NCBI GenBank assembly: GCA_900128395.1
Contig: LT649249.1
Coordinates: 1 to 61,389 of the forward strand
Direction: 5' to 3'
DNA length: 61,389 bases
From: Stramenopiles sp. TOSAG23-2
Taxonomy: Eukaryota
Below, piece after piece: positions 22,863-33,649 of the stretch (positions are counted from its first letter, which is position 1; every line of letters starts with the position of its first letter). Made by a program: the position numbers and the translations under genes. Under the pieces are notes generated by a model. That model did not search any database and was not told the DNA's origin. It saw only the letters and a list, made by a program, of their open reading frames with translations.

Positions 22863-24360
22863 TCCATTATGTTGTGCAATTGAACAGGGTGATTTATCCC
22901 AGGTTAAAAACATACTTAATACTTTAAACACTGATGAAGAAAGGTTGCAGCAATGGACAACACCAATAAAAGGGTTTACTCCTATATTTTGGCTCGGCGT
23001 AAGAAAAATTGATCAATTGCCTGCGTTTTATACAATTTCTACCTGTGGTCTTCTTGCGGATGGTTCTAATTTTATAATGGATGATATAGACAACATTAAT
23101 CTGGATAAATTTGTAGAATATGAAGACCCACCAATGGTAAAATTTGCGAAGAAAACCCTAAGTGAATTGCCAGGGTATTTAAAGGTTCTTAAAGCTGAAA
23201 GTGATGAAAACGGTATAATAACATTATCGGAAAAAAACATTACTAGAGTGGTGAAAGCTGAGATTCGAATTGTAAATTTAATACCAAAAAGCAATGAGCC
23301 AGATGCAAAATTCCCAGGTAGTCTAAAGGTAAAAGATGCATTTTTATTAAATACTGATAAAGAGGGAAAACTTCGTATTACATATAAACCAAACATTTTG
23401 GGTGTTCTTAGTAATGTTAGTTATGGTGCAGGGGTAATTGAATTTGTGGTATGTGCAGATTTAAATTTTAAGTTACATTATGATATGACTGATGATGAAC
23501 TTATTGAAAGAGATATTATATTACACAATAAAGTAATGTCGATGAATCTGTTTCAAGTGGAAACCGATGTAAGATTGAAAACAAAGACTCAAGATGATCC
23601 TGCAAAAACTCTATTTTATCAGAATATAGTTGATGAAATGCCAATAGCATCAAAGCGAAAAATAAGAAAAAATAGTATAGTCAACGTTTACGTTGATGAT
23701 TTAAACATCAATGAAACAAAAGAGATGCGTACCGATGAAGAGAAAGATCTGGAAAAAGACAAGAAGATGGGAAAAACAAAGGCAGAAGATAAAAAAGAAG
23801 ATGTTTCTCCATCAACTGAAGAAGAAGATAAAAAAGAAGATGGTGCCCCACCAACTGTAGCAGAAGATAAGAATAAAAAAGAAGACAGTGTTCTCCCAAC
23901 AGAAAATATAGAGAAGTCGAAAGATATAAAAAAAGTAGCACGAAAGAAGAGAGTCAAACGAAAATCAATAATCGTTGAAAAAGTCGGAGAATGTGTTGTT
24001 AATATAGAGAAAAAGCATATATATCTTACAAAAGTGGGATCCAAAAAATTTGATGAATATCAAGAAATTTATTATAGAAGGGTTTCAATAGATTTGACTA
24101 AAACGAAACGAATAGATATGAAAATTGGTGATTTAGTATCATATGATTTACAAGCGGGGGATAATAAAGAAAAATACCAATTTAAAATCAAATCCTTATC
24201 TTACGATAATATTAACAATTCAGTATACGAAATAGTTTTAGAAGACATTAAAGGTAAACAAGCAGAATTAAAAAAAGATATGAAAAAGCTACTTTTATTT
24301 GACGAACAACCAGGCTTATACACAAACCAAGGTAGGATATTGTACTTTGGTGATATATAA
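22831..24360 (+). CDS. Hypothetical protein, putatively N-myristoylated, with N-terminal ankyrin-like repeat
   Basis: MGNKQS start; PLCCAIEQGDLSQVKNIL...GFTPIF resembles an ankyrin repeat; 509-aa ORF. Confidence 0.7.
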   Translation: MGNKQSEFNTDPLCCAIEQGDLSQVKNILNTLNTDEERLQQWTTPIKGFTPIFWLGVRKIDQLPAFYTISTCGLLADGSNFIMDDIDNINLDKFVEYEDPPMVKFAKKTLSELPGYLKVLKAESDENGIITLSEKNITRVVKAEIRIVNLIPKSNEPDAKFPGSLKVKDAFLLNTDKEGKLRITYKPNILGVLSNVSYGAGVIEFVVCADLNFKLHYDMTDDELIERDIILHNKVMSMNLFQVETDVRLKTKTQDDPAKTLFYQNIVDEMPIASKRKIRKNSIVNVYVDDLNINETKEMRTDEEKDLEKDKKMGKTKAEDKKEDVSPSTEEEDKKEDGAPPTVAEDKNKKEDSVLPTENIEKSKDIKKVARKKRVKRKSIIVEKVGECVVNIEKKHIYLTKVGSKKFDEYQEIYYRRVSIDLTKTKRIDMKIGDLVSYDLQAGDNKEKYQFKIKSLSYDNINNSVYEIVLEDIKGKQAELKKDMKKLLLFDEQPGLYTNQGRILYFGDI

Positions 24361-27300
24361 AAGTTCCTGTTTTGTATTGATGTGTTTCTTCCCATATTTT
24401 ATCTAACTCATCCATCGTTATCCCCTCTGCGCACATCTGCATCAATTCATCAAAATTTTCTCTATGCAAATGATCATGGTCATCTTTTTTGTAGTGTACA
24501 AACATATCTTTTAGTATTTCGACATTTATTGAAAATTGCCTAATGCTTGCTTCTAGGCAACAATCAATCATAACATCAAAATCAACTTTTGGTGTTGCTA
24601 TTCGTTTAATAGTTTGTTTTAAGTCATCAAATATGTCTTCTCTTAACTTTAATCGACCAACAGAAAATTTTACTTTTTTTTTCTTCGGGAAAACTCGATG
24701 TAATGCTTTTTTTGCAGTAGCATGTGTAATTTTACATTCACCTTCGACCTGCTTAACCAGTGTTACCTTGTTGAATTTTGGAAATACCGTCTTAACAATA
24801 TTCAAGTATATGTCACAAGTTTTTGCGCTATATTCTTGATCCAATGCCAGACCACACAACTCACTAAATTGTTCAATACGCCGACTTCTAGATTTAAATT
24901 TATTTATACTTTTTATTAAACCAGCAAGCATGAGTGATACGCGTTTATCAAGTCCAAATTCGTTTTTGAATGACCGTGTAATAAAATTACCAATACTTTC
25001 CCGTCCCAATTTATTTCTATCAGCAGTTTTGTCTGCCATGATTTTATTTGCATACGTTGTATAGATCATTGCCAGCGTTTTATGATAATTTAATGGCTTC
25101 CCTTCTTTCTTTTCAAATTGTAGCACAGCAGCAAAAGGTCGCATATCTTTCACTATTCTACTTTCTACATTTTTTTCTATTACCACATTATTCGACCTAC
25201 CTTCTCCTGTTGCATTTAATGACGAGATTATATCTGGTAATGGATCTGTTTGTGTTTCAATTGTACGTGTTTCGACTTTTTTAGGAGCTAAAAAATCAGC
25301 AAAATCTTCATCATCATCGGAATCAGATTGAGCTACAACTACCTTCTTCGCCTCCTCAGCAACAATCAACTCTTCCACCTTTTCAATACGAGTTTCAAGA
25401 TGCTCCATTTTCTTCTCTTCTTCCTCTACTTTGCTTGTTTCTTCCTTCAAGGATTTGATATCATCACATTCCTTACTATCTTCCCCTACCTTCGTTTCTC
25501 TTTTTGCAGCAACTTTTTTCACAGTTTTGTTTGCATCAGATTTAACTTTTTTCGCCTCTGCTTCTTTTTCTCTTTGTTTTTCCTCCTCCTTCTTTTTCTT
25601 CAGTTTCTCACTTTTGCGCTTTTGTAATTGCTGGCGTTTTCCATTTGACAAGTTTCGAAATAACTTTGTTCCACAACGTTTTATTAATTCTTCAAGAATA
25701 GCTGTTTGAACATTATTAATCTCGTTACTAGTTCCACGATTGCTACTAATTTCTTCAACAATATCATAAGCAAAGTGCTTCAAATTTGCTTCATCAGGTG
25801 CTATCCCGATACAATACTTTAATAATTTACCACATACCTTGACCTTCTCCTCTTGCATACCAAATAAATTATCCATAACAAATGTTATAAAACCAAATGT
25901 ATTGTCTTTTTCTACTAATTTGAAAAAATTTGAAAAAATTGCTGTCCTATCACTTGTATCCGCCAATAAAATATCAACTATAATTGCTTGTCTTACAGAA
26001 GCAGACAATTGCTTTGTAATAATATCAAACAATACGCTTGATTTACTCCTACCTCCTAGTCCATTTATTTGCTTTTTAACAACTTCTAACAACGTGTCTT
26101 CCATGAAAGCACTCATTAGTTTTGTAATGAATTCACCACGTTCAACTTCATCAAAATCTTTATGGTTTTTTAAAAAATTGAATAAAAATGCTTTTGTATC
26201 ATCCAAATTAAATTGTTTGAATATGGTTTCGATTAAATTCAATTGTTCTGCTGGTTCCAATTTAATAAGCAAGTTCACGATCATTTCATATGTTTTCGTA
26301 TGTAATTTATGCATATGATCGTCATGCACTTGTAATTTAGCCTCTAGTTCTGAAGTTTTCTTGCTATGTTTGCTTTTATCTGCTGCATGCATGAACATTC
26401 TAGCAAAACTGGTTCTTTTATGTTTTGCTGCATTGTCTTTTGTATTTGCATGTTGTTCAGTAATTTGCTGTAGTTGGAATTTAGTAACTTCTAACTCTAC
26501 TGCTAAATCAGCTGATGAGGCGAAATATGTTGGTGTTTTTGCGTATGCCTCGATGGTAACGTCGCCAATATTAGGTATCGATTTATGATCAATATAAATT
26601 GCTTTCAATAAATGTGTTCGAATTTCGTTCAATTGTCGACGATATCGACCACATATTTGTATTAATTTATCAAAATTTGACAATGCTACAGAAATTATTG
26701 TAATATTTGCGGGTGGCATTCCTTCTGTGAATACGTTTGCATTTGCAAAACTAGTATCAATTTCAACAGATGCGGACCTATATTCAGTTTTTTCATCGTT
26801 GTAACCATTAATCCATTGTCTAAATATAGAATCTTGTAGTTCTTCTTTTGATAGTCCAGCAGGAGTAAATTGCCTACCTAGTCCCCACACTACGGGACCT
26901 AATTGATTCTTTGGTTGGGTTTCTTTTTTCTTACTTTTTCTATTATTTGAAGACTTTGGTCTTCTTTTTGCTGGTGAAATTGGCAATTTTCGTGGTATAG
27001 ACATAGTGCCTACTGGATGTGTTCTATGACCAGCGTCGAAACTTGATCTTGGTGAGTTGATAATTCGCAAATTTTTTAAATATGTACGACCAAACTCTAT
27101 ATCTTCCTCTGTCTCCTGTTGATATGATTGACTCCTTTGTCGATTTATTGAGCCTCGTTTATGTATATTCATAGAAGTTAACCCAACAGCAGTTGATGGG
27201 CGCTTATTATTTATATTACTTCGTCGCCCACCAGCAGCAGTGGAATAACCATCATTCCGCCTTAAAGAAGCTGTATGTGGTCTAGGTTTCATTCTATTTG

Positions 27301-27373
27301 AACGTTTATGATGTATTGAATTATTTGAACTTCTCCATCCTTCACTTTGTGAATAGTTTACATTATGATCCAT
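24248..27373 (-). CDS. Large hypothetical coiled-coil protein with degenerate C-terminal EF-hand-like region
   Basis: 1041-aa ATG ORF; RPxTA/RPSTA low-complexity N-terminus, charged coiled coil, helical C-terminal domain; the 3' end overlaps the convergent gene. Confidence 0.75.
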   Translation of the reverse strand: MDHNVNYSQSEGWRSSNNSIHHKRSNRMKPRPHTASLRRNDGYSTAAGGRRSNINNKRPSTAVGLTSMNIHKRGSINRQRSQSYQQETEEDIEFGRTYLKNLRIINSPRSSFDAGHRTHPVGTMSIPRKLPISPAKRRPKSSNNRKSKKKETQPKNQLGPVVWGLGRQFTPAGLSKEELQDSIFRQWINGYNDEKTEYRSASVEIDTSFANANVFTEGMPPANITIISVALSNFDKLIQICGRYRRQLNEIRTHLLKAIYIDHKSIPNIGDVTIEAYAKTPTYFASSADLAVELEVTKFQLQQITEQHANTKDNAAKHKRTSFARMFMHAADKSKHSKKTSELEAKLQVHDDHMHKLHTKTYEMIVNLLIKLEPAEQLNLIETIFKQFNLDDTKAFLFNFLKNHKDFDEVERGEFITKLMSAFMEDTLLEVVKKQINGLGGRSKSSVLFDIITKQLSASVRQAIIVDILLADTSDRTAIFSNFFKLVEKDNTFGFITFVMDNLFGMQEEKVKVCGKLLKYCIGIAPDEANLKHFAYDIVEEISSNRGTSNEINNVQTAILEELIKRCGTKLFRNLSNGKRQQLQKRKSEKLKKKKEEEKQREKEAEAKKVKSDANKTVKKVAAKRETKVGEDSKECDDIKSLKEETSKVEEEEKKMEHLETRIEKVEELIVAEEAKKVVVAQSDSDDDEDFADFLAPKKVETRTIETQTDPLPDIISSLNATGEGRSNNVVIEKNVESRIVKDMRPFAAVLQFEKKEGKPLNYHKTLAMIYTTYANKIMADKTADRNKLGRESIGNFITRSFKNEFGLDKRVSLMLAGLIKSINKFKSRSRRIEQFSELCGLALDQEYSAKTCDIYLNIVKTVFPKFNKVTLVKQVEGECKITHATAKKALHRVFPKKKKVKFSVGRLKLREDIFDDLKQTIKRIATPKVDFDVMIDCCLEASIRQFSINVEILKDMFVHYKKDDHDHLHRENFDELMQMCAEGITMDELDKIWEETHQYKTGTFIYHQSTISYLGLCISLVVRQIKVAFSYLFLILLVYL

Positions 27374-28042
27374 AATTTTCCTCTTTAAATACTCTGTTGT
27401 ATTCTGTTACAGATTTCTTTCTTACAACTGGGCGAAATTTTTAGTTGACATGTGATTATATCTCTATGTATCTCTATATTGAACTCTGTGCGTAAACAAC
27501 AATTTCACTCTGCTGTATAAGTAATATGTGCTAATATTATACTGGTATACTATTATTTAAACCAACGGGAAGATTTTTTATTCATTATGTACCACACCAG
27601 GTATTATTATAGCTGGCTAGAGCTACCGTTACCTATATAATAATACTGTAATACTATAGATTACATTGTACTTCCTTGCTAAGCATCGTGATAATATTGA
27701 CTGACTTTTAACTAACTTTCTTTGACACAACAACAGGCAAAAAGCAAGAAAAAAGGCTGATGTGCCGTGTGCGGTGTGCTGGTGTGCTGGTTTGCGTGCG
27801 TGCCACGACGGTGGTGTGCTGGTGTGCACCTGTAAAAAATAAAAAAAAGATTTAAGATATTATAGCAGGTACCCACCACACACACAGGAGAGGTAATATT
27901 AATAATGAATAATTGCATTCAAATTATAATAAGAGATCCAAATAATAATAATAATATTTTAATATTTTTACTTCAAATCTTTGTTTAAACAAATGCCCAG
28001 AGGACAAAATAAAAGATATTTATACCAAGTCATCATTGTTGC

Positions 28043-30562
28043 ATGTCATTCTCTGAAATACCATATACGGCGATGAAAAAAAATAGGAATTCCTGGAAAA
28101 CATCTCCAGGAGATGGGGATAAAAAGAAAAAGCATAGTTCGGATAGTGATGAAGTTGTAGTTCAACTGAATGAAGGTCAAATAAACTCTTCTGATACTAC
28201 GAGTTATAATAATAATGCCTTGCCAAGTTTACGTCAAAGAAATGTTAGTGGAGCAAATAAGAAAAACAAAGCGTTAAAGCTAGTAAATTTTTATGGCGGG
28301 GATGATGATTCATTGGATGAAGCTTGGCATGATTTACATAATAAGCAAATTGAGGAACAAAGCGAATCCGCTCGCAGACTTGATGTAGCTTCGAAAAAAG
28401 GTAAACACATCCCGCATCATCATAGCTTTACTGATGCAGAGAAAGCATTGATGAATACATATGAATCATTAGACTACGATCCGTTGCATAGCCCGCTGTA
28501 TAAGAAATACATCCATGAATTAAATGTGGAAGCTGGAAAAAAATGCAATAAGATTTGCTTATCAAAATGGACAACATATGCCCTTGTCGGTATCATTGTT
28601 GGTAGTTTAGCGTATCTTTGTGCTATTGCAGTTGAAGGATTGTTAGATTTTAAATACGAAGTGACAAATGAATATATCAAGAAGAATGAGCTTGTCGGTG
28701 GATACATTGTGTATGCATTGATAAATGTAATATTTGTCGGTATTGCAACATGCTTAGTATCCTTTGTTGAGCCTGTTGCTGCTGGCTCTGGTATACCGGA
28801 ATTAAAGAGTTATTTAAATGGAACAAATTATTTGAAATTATTAAGATTGAAAACATTAGTTTGTAAATTAGTAGGGGTGACATTTAGTGTAAGTGGTGGG
28901 CTTATAATTGGAAAAGAAGGACCAATGGTACATAGTGGTGCTGTACTTGCCGCAAATTTATCTCATTTGACTGGTATGAGGAAACATGAATGGACACATT
29001 CGTTTTTATATCGCTTTCGTAATGACAGGGACAAAAGGGATTTTGTTTCTGGTGGAGCAGCTGCTGGTGTTGCTGCTGCTTTTGGTGCACCAATTGGCGG
29101 TGTATTGTTCTCGTTGGAAGAAGCTGCATCATATTGGAGCGTATCGCTTACATGGATGTGTATGTTCGCTGCTATGTTGGGTACATTTAGTTTGAATTTA
29201 TGGAAATTTATTGGTAATCCGAAAGCATTATTTGGTGGTTTAATTAGTTTTGGTCCAGCAACTGCAAACCATTATAATGTTTGGGAAACGCCATTTTTTC
29301 TTTTCCTTGCCATTTTCGGTGGTTGTTTTGGTGCGTTATTTAATTCAATCAACGAAAAAATATGCCATTGGCGTAGAGACAATTTATCGGGAAAAGCAAA
29401 GGCAAAAGCTGTTGAAGCCCTTCTTGTTGCATTGCTTACCGCTACATGTGCGTATTGGCTACCAGCACTGTTTAGCAAATGCGTTGACATACCTACCCAC
29501 GTTGTAACGGCACATAAAGTTAATGTTGATGCGGTAGGCGTTGAAAAATTTTATATTCATTATACCTGTAACGCAACGCAATTTAATCCAATGGCAACAA
29601 GTATTTTTGGTGGATCTGAAATTATCATCAAAGGTTTTTTTCACAATGAAGGACAGTACGACATATTAGGTTTGTTCGTATACACTATTGTCATATTTAT
29701 ATTGGCGGTAGTTACGTATGGTATTGCAGTACCTAGTGGATTATTTGTGCCTTGCATATTGATTGGTTGTGGCTTTGGTCGTTTATTTGGTGAAGTTATG
29801 AAACACCATATTTTTCCAGAAGCTAATATAGCCGCTGGCCCATATGCATTGATGGGTGCAGTTGCGATGTTAGGCGGTGTTTCTAGAATGACGATTTCAT
29901 TGACAGTCATTTTAATGGAGACGACTCAGAACGTGCAATTTTTATTACCAATCATGTTAGTACTGACAGTTAGTAAATGGGTCGGTGATTTCTTCAACAT
30001 ATCATTATACGATTTACATGTTGAATTGAAATGCATGCCATTTGTTGAAAGCACGCCACCTTCAGGTATGGAAAGTTTAAATGCGGTTGACATCTCATCA
30101 ACTCCAGTAAAAAGTTTGAAAATGAAACCTCAAGTGAAAGATATTATAGCCACTATCAATGGAAACACGCATGGTGGGTACCCAATATTGGATAAAAATG
30201 GTATATTTCAAGGTTTTATCTTACGGAATCATCTCGCTATTATCATGAATTTTTGTATACACCAACAAAATCTAAATGAATTAAAATATGAACATTTTTC
30301 AACAACATTGCAATCAAAACGTATTGTAGTTCCATGCATTGAAGATCTGACCGAAAATGTTAAAAAACGAATTGTCGATTTGACACCATACGTAGATAAA
30401 CATCCTTTAACTGTTCATAATGAATATCCGCTAGTAAAAGTATATACATTGTTTCGTTCTTTAGGCTTAAGGCATTTATGTGTAGTGGATGATGATAATA
30501 AAGTGCAAGGTATATTGACACGGAAAGAGTTGATGACGGCGTTTGACAGAGATTTGTTTTAA
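28043..30562 (+). CDS. CLC chloride/proton exchanger (CLC-6/7-like) with CBS domains
   Basis: YESLDY, GSGIPE, GKEGPMVH, GAAAGVAAAFGAPIGGVLF, GLFVP, RMTISL motifs and FRSLGLRHL CBS motif. Confidence 0.95.
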   Translation: MSFSEIPYTAMKKNRNSWKTSPGDGDKKKKHSSDSDEVVVQLNEGQINSSDTTSYNNNALPSLRQRNVSGANKKNKALKLVNFYGGDDDSLDEAWHDLHNKQIEEQSESARRLDVASKKGKHIPHHHSFTDAEKALMNTYESLDYDPLHSPLYKKYIHELNVEAGKKCNKICLSKWTTYALVGIIVGSLAYLCAIAVEGLLDFKYEVTNEYIKKNELVGGYIVYALINVIFVGIATCLVSFVEPVAAGSGIPELKSYLNGTNYLKLLRLKTLVCKLVGVTFSVSGGLIIGKEGPMVHSGAVLAANLSHLTGMRKHEWTHSFLYRFRNDRDKRDFVSGGAAAGVAAAFGAPIGGVLFSLEEAASYWSVSLTWMCMFAAMLGTFSLNLWKFIGNPKALFGGLISFGPATANHYNVWETPFFLFLAIFGGCFGALFNSINEKICHWRRDNLSGKAKAKAVEALLVALLTATCAYWLPALFSKCVDIPTHVVTAHKVNVDAVGVEKFYIHYTCNATQFNPMATSIFGGSEIIIKGFFHNEGQYDILGLFVYTIVIFILAVVTYGIAVPSGLFVPCILIGCGFGRLFGEVMKHHIFPEANIAAGPYALMGAVAMLGGVSRMTISLTVILMETTQNVQFLLPIMLVLTVSKWVGDFFNISLYDLHVELKCMPFVESTPPSGMESLNAVDISSTPVKSLKMKPQVKDIIATINGNTHGGYPILDKNGIFQGFILRNHLAIIMNFCIHQQNLNELKYEHFSTTLQSKRIVVPCIEDLTENVKKRIVDLTPYVDKHPLTVHNEYPLVKVYTLFRSLGLRHLCVVDDDNKVQGILTRKELMTAFDRDLF

Positions 30563-30579
30563 ATATATTTTGTAACGAG

Positions 30580-30920
30580 TGCGCACTGAAGGATAAAAAC
30601 CTACTCGTACTTGTGCTTGTGGAGTATGATATTAGAGTTTAGAGTTTGTAGACTGTGCATTAGAGCTTCATTAATATATATATATATATTTTATAGTATC
30701 ATATATCATAGGGATAGAATGATTGGTTAAAATCTTAAGTTTATAATTAATTTTACACTTCCCGTGTTAAGTAATAAATGCTCAATACTCAATCGCACAA
30801 GAATAAAATTCTATCATTACTTCGTACGATTCGTACTACAGTGTAAAGCTCTAATGCACCTCTGCAAACTACTTCGTAATACTCTACAAGCACGAGTAGG
30901 TTTCTATCCTTCCGTGCGTA
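30580..30920. mobile_element. MITE-like foldback: imperfect 75-90 bp inverted repeats around a ~180 bp AT-rich spacer
   Basis: 30580-30668 (tgcgcactgaaggataaaaacctactcgt...gtgcattagagctt) aligns to the reverse complement of 30846-30920 (aagctctaatgcac...acgagtaggtttctatccttccgtgcgta). Confidence 0.6.
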
Positions 30921-30985
30921 TGATAGAGGCCTGAACAAACATTAACACGATTCATATATATTTATATGCATATTACATTAAATAC

Positions 30986-31375
30986 TCATGGTGAAAAAGC
31001 TCGTAAGCTACCCATATATAACTTTCTTTTACTTGCACCACTACTTATTGGGGATTTATCAACATTATGATCATTACCATAAACAATACTACTGCCACCA
31101 CTATTTAATAAATTTTTCTTTTCGATAAATTTAAATGCTGAATTGGTGTTACCATTTTGTGCTTCTGGGGCTGTTTGTGCTCTTAAATTGGATTGTTTTG
31201 CAAAAATATGTTTTGAATCTACACCCATTGTTGACATAAACATTCGATGTTTCTCTAATGATCTATTACTTTGCTCTTTCTCTTTCTTACTAGTTGTTCC
31301 ATATAATTTTTTAAATGCTAAAGCCTTTTCCTTCTCTAACTTTGCTTTCTTTCGTTCTGAAAACATATTATACAT
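30986..31375 (-). CDS. Small basic hypothetical protein
   Basis: 129-aa ATG ORF with coding-like composition. Confidence 0.5.
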   Translation of the reverse strand: MYNMFSERKKAKLEKEKALAFKKLYGTTSKKEKEQSNRSLEKHRMFMSTMGVDSKHIFAKQSNLRAQTAPEAQNGNTNSAFKFIEKKNLLNSGGSSIVYGNDHNVDKSPISSGASKRKLYMGSLRAFSP

Positions 31376-32230
31376 ATTTATAATATACCTTTGTTTTTAT
31401 TTATGTATATAAATATCTATAGTATATATCTTTATATATATTAATTATAATTTAATAGTTAAATAAATAATATAATGTTTTTCCAACAATAAAAAAACAA
31501 GTTAAAATCAATAAAATGTTTAGAATATATATCTCTGTGTGTGTGTGTGTATGTGTGTAGGTGTAATGGAAAGAAATAATTATTACATCGATTTCCATCC
31601 ATTTAAAAAGATCGTAAGTACATGTGTCCCATCCATTTATGATATATATAATGTGTCGCCGCAACCCATAAAAGGATTTAATATTTTATTATATGAGTGG
31701 TGTCTCGTGGCAAGTTGCCTATGTGGTATCTTTTTGGATCTTTTGTTGTGCCGAAAAAATCCATCCATCCTCATTTATCATGTATGCTGGGTGTGATGAA
31801 AGCCAGGTGTAAAATGGATATTATTACAAAAAATCGGATATTCTTGAATTATTCATCAAAATAACTATTGGCTATTTTTGGATTTTTTTGTAATATCCAA
31901 TATCTCTCTCTATCAAACATACATACATTAGTATACTATATTAGTACTTAAGGCTTTCTTGAAGTGCGAAAAAAAAATATGAGAGACAAGAGACGAGAAG
32001 AAGGTTTTTTTATTAAATTGCACAACCGACAATACATTTTAATTGTTATAATAACGTGTGTGTATGTGTATGCGTGTGTGTGTACATGGTGGGTGTGGGT
32101 GTTAACGATCAAGGGAAACAAGATCTTTGGGATTATTACACCAGATATGTGTGTGTGTGTGTGCATGTTTACATAGATATCAATATTTGATAATATACAT
32201 ATATATGAAGAGGAGGCAAATAAAATAATA

Positions 32231-33649
32231 ATGTCATTGAGTAATAATAATAATAGAAGAGTTAGTGTTAGAATTATTTTTTTTGTATTGGGATTGTCTT
32301 TTATTATATTCATATTATTAGTAGTGCTTCCACATCAATTTCAAAATACCATTTTTTCAAACCATCCAACTGGAAATAGTTATAGAACATTATATGGAAA
32401 TAGAAAATGTTACCATGGACATTGGTCGAAAAATGAATGGATTACATCAAAGGATTGTTCAATTATAAATTATTCCCCTAGTAGAGCAGCAAAATGTTTG
32501 AATAAACGTGCTCAGCGTATTGTTATGATTGGTGATAGCGTCCATCGTGAATTGTTTTGGAGTTTACATCAATTTTTCAAGTCTCTTAGTAACAACAACA
32601 ACAATAATGCTAATTCCAATGACAAAAATTTTTTCCAACGTTCAAATGATCATGCAAGATGGAATATTTCTGTATATAAACGTTTTAAAAGTCAAAAGTT
32701 CACCAACTTTGAAGATCAAGATATGATAGTAAAAAAAAATGGTAAAGTACAATTTTCTATTCGATTTGTATATGCATCAAATGCTATTGATTTTAATGGT
32801 CGTTGCAAATCTATTAAAACGTGGTTTTTTCAATGCTTAAAAACATTAGAAGACATTTTAATATCGACATTGCAAGAAGAGACTAAACGAAAAGCTATGT
32901 TACATCCAGTTCCAATAAATAGAAAATCGTCAGACAATTTACGTGGCCATCATATTGATAATTTAGGGGATGATGATCATAACAATAAGAATAATAATAA
33001 TAATGATAACAATAATAATAATATGATATTTGGTACAAGTAAATCTTCATATTCAAGTATTAATAATCAAGAAAAAAACATTTTATATTTTAATACTGGC
33101 TTATGGGATTGGAGGACTGGTTTATTGCCAAAAGATTATTCAAACAATCTAAGAAAAACATTACAAAAAGTAGAAGGTATTTTAACTAAAGTATATGATA
33201 ATATTATATGGCGGGAAACAACTGCATCATGGCCATCTAAATTTATGAAAGAAAAAGAATGTAAAAGTAAAGGTAAAAAAGATAATCGGCCATGCAGTGT
33301 ACATACAGGTGAAATATATCAAATGAATCAATTAAGTACTCCATTAATTCGTACATTTGGTTTTAAAGTTGTACCTAGTTGGGAAGTAACTAGTACACGT
33401 CCAGATTTGTCATATGATGGTTTGCACTTTCGTGAAAATCGATGTAAAAAAAAAAATAAGAAAAATGCAAATATTCCAAGTAAGGAAAATAAAAATAATG
33501 TGAATAATATGAAAAAAAATATTGTGTTGAATCACAGTAATGAAGATGAAAATGATTCCTCTTGTTTCAAATATAAAAATAAAGGAAAGTTTTATACCAT
33601 CAATCAAGTTTTGAATAATTTTTTCTTCAATGAATTATGCTTAGATTAA
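32231..33649 (+). CDS. Membrane-anchored SGNH/PC-esterase-like protein (TBL/NXPE-like)
   Basis: N-terminal TM; IGDSVHRELF (GDS), NTGLWD, WRETT and DGLH (DxxH) motifs. Confidence 0.75.
   Translation: MSLSNNNNRRVSVRIIFFVLGLSFIIFILLVVLPHQFQNTIFSNHPTGNSYRTLYGNRKCYHGHWSKNEWITSKDCSIINYSPSRAAKCLNKRAQRIVMIGDSVHRELFWSLHQFFKSLSNNNNNNANSNDKNFFQRSNDHARWNISVYKRFKSQKFTNFEDQDMIVKKNGKVQFSIRFVYASNAIDFNGRCKSIKTWFFQCLKTLEDILISTLQEETKRKAMLHPVPINRKSSDNLRGHHIDNLGDDDHNNKNNNNNDNNNNNMIFGTSKSSYSSINNQEKNILYFNTGLWDWRTGLLPKDYSNNLRKTLQKVEGILTKVYDNIIWRETTASWPSKFMKEKECKSKGKKDNRPCSVHTGEIYQMNQLSTPLIRTFGFKVVPSWEVTSTRPDLSYDGLHFRENRCKKKNKKNANIPSKENKNNVNNMKKNIVLNHSNEDENDSSCFKYKNKGKFYTINQVLNNFFFNELCLD

Noticed and set aside
31452-32313. 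Short ORFs in (TG)n/(CA)n-rich intergenic DNA
   Set aside because: Low-complexity translations with no coding signal
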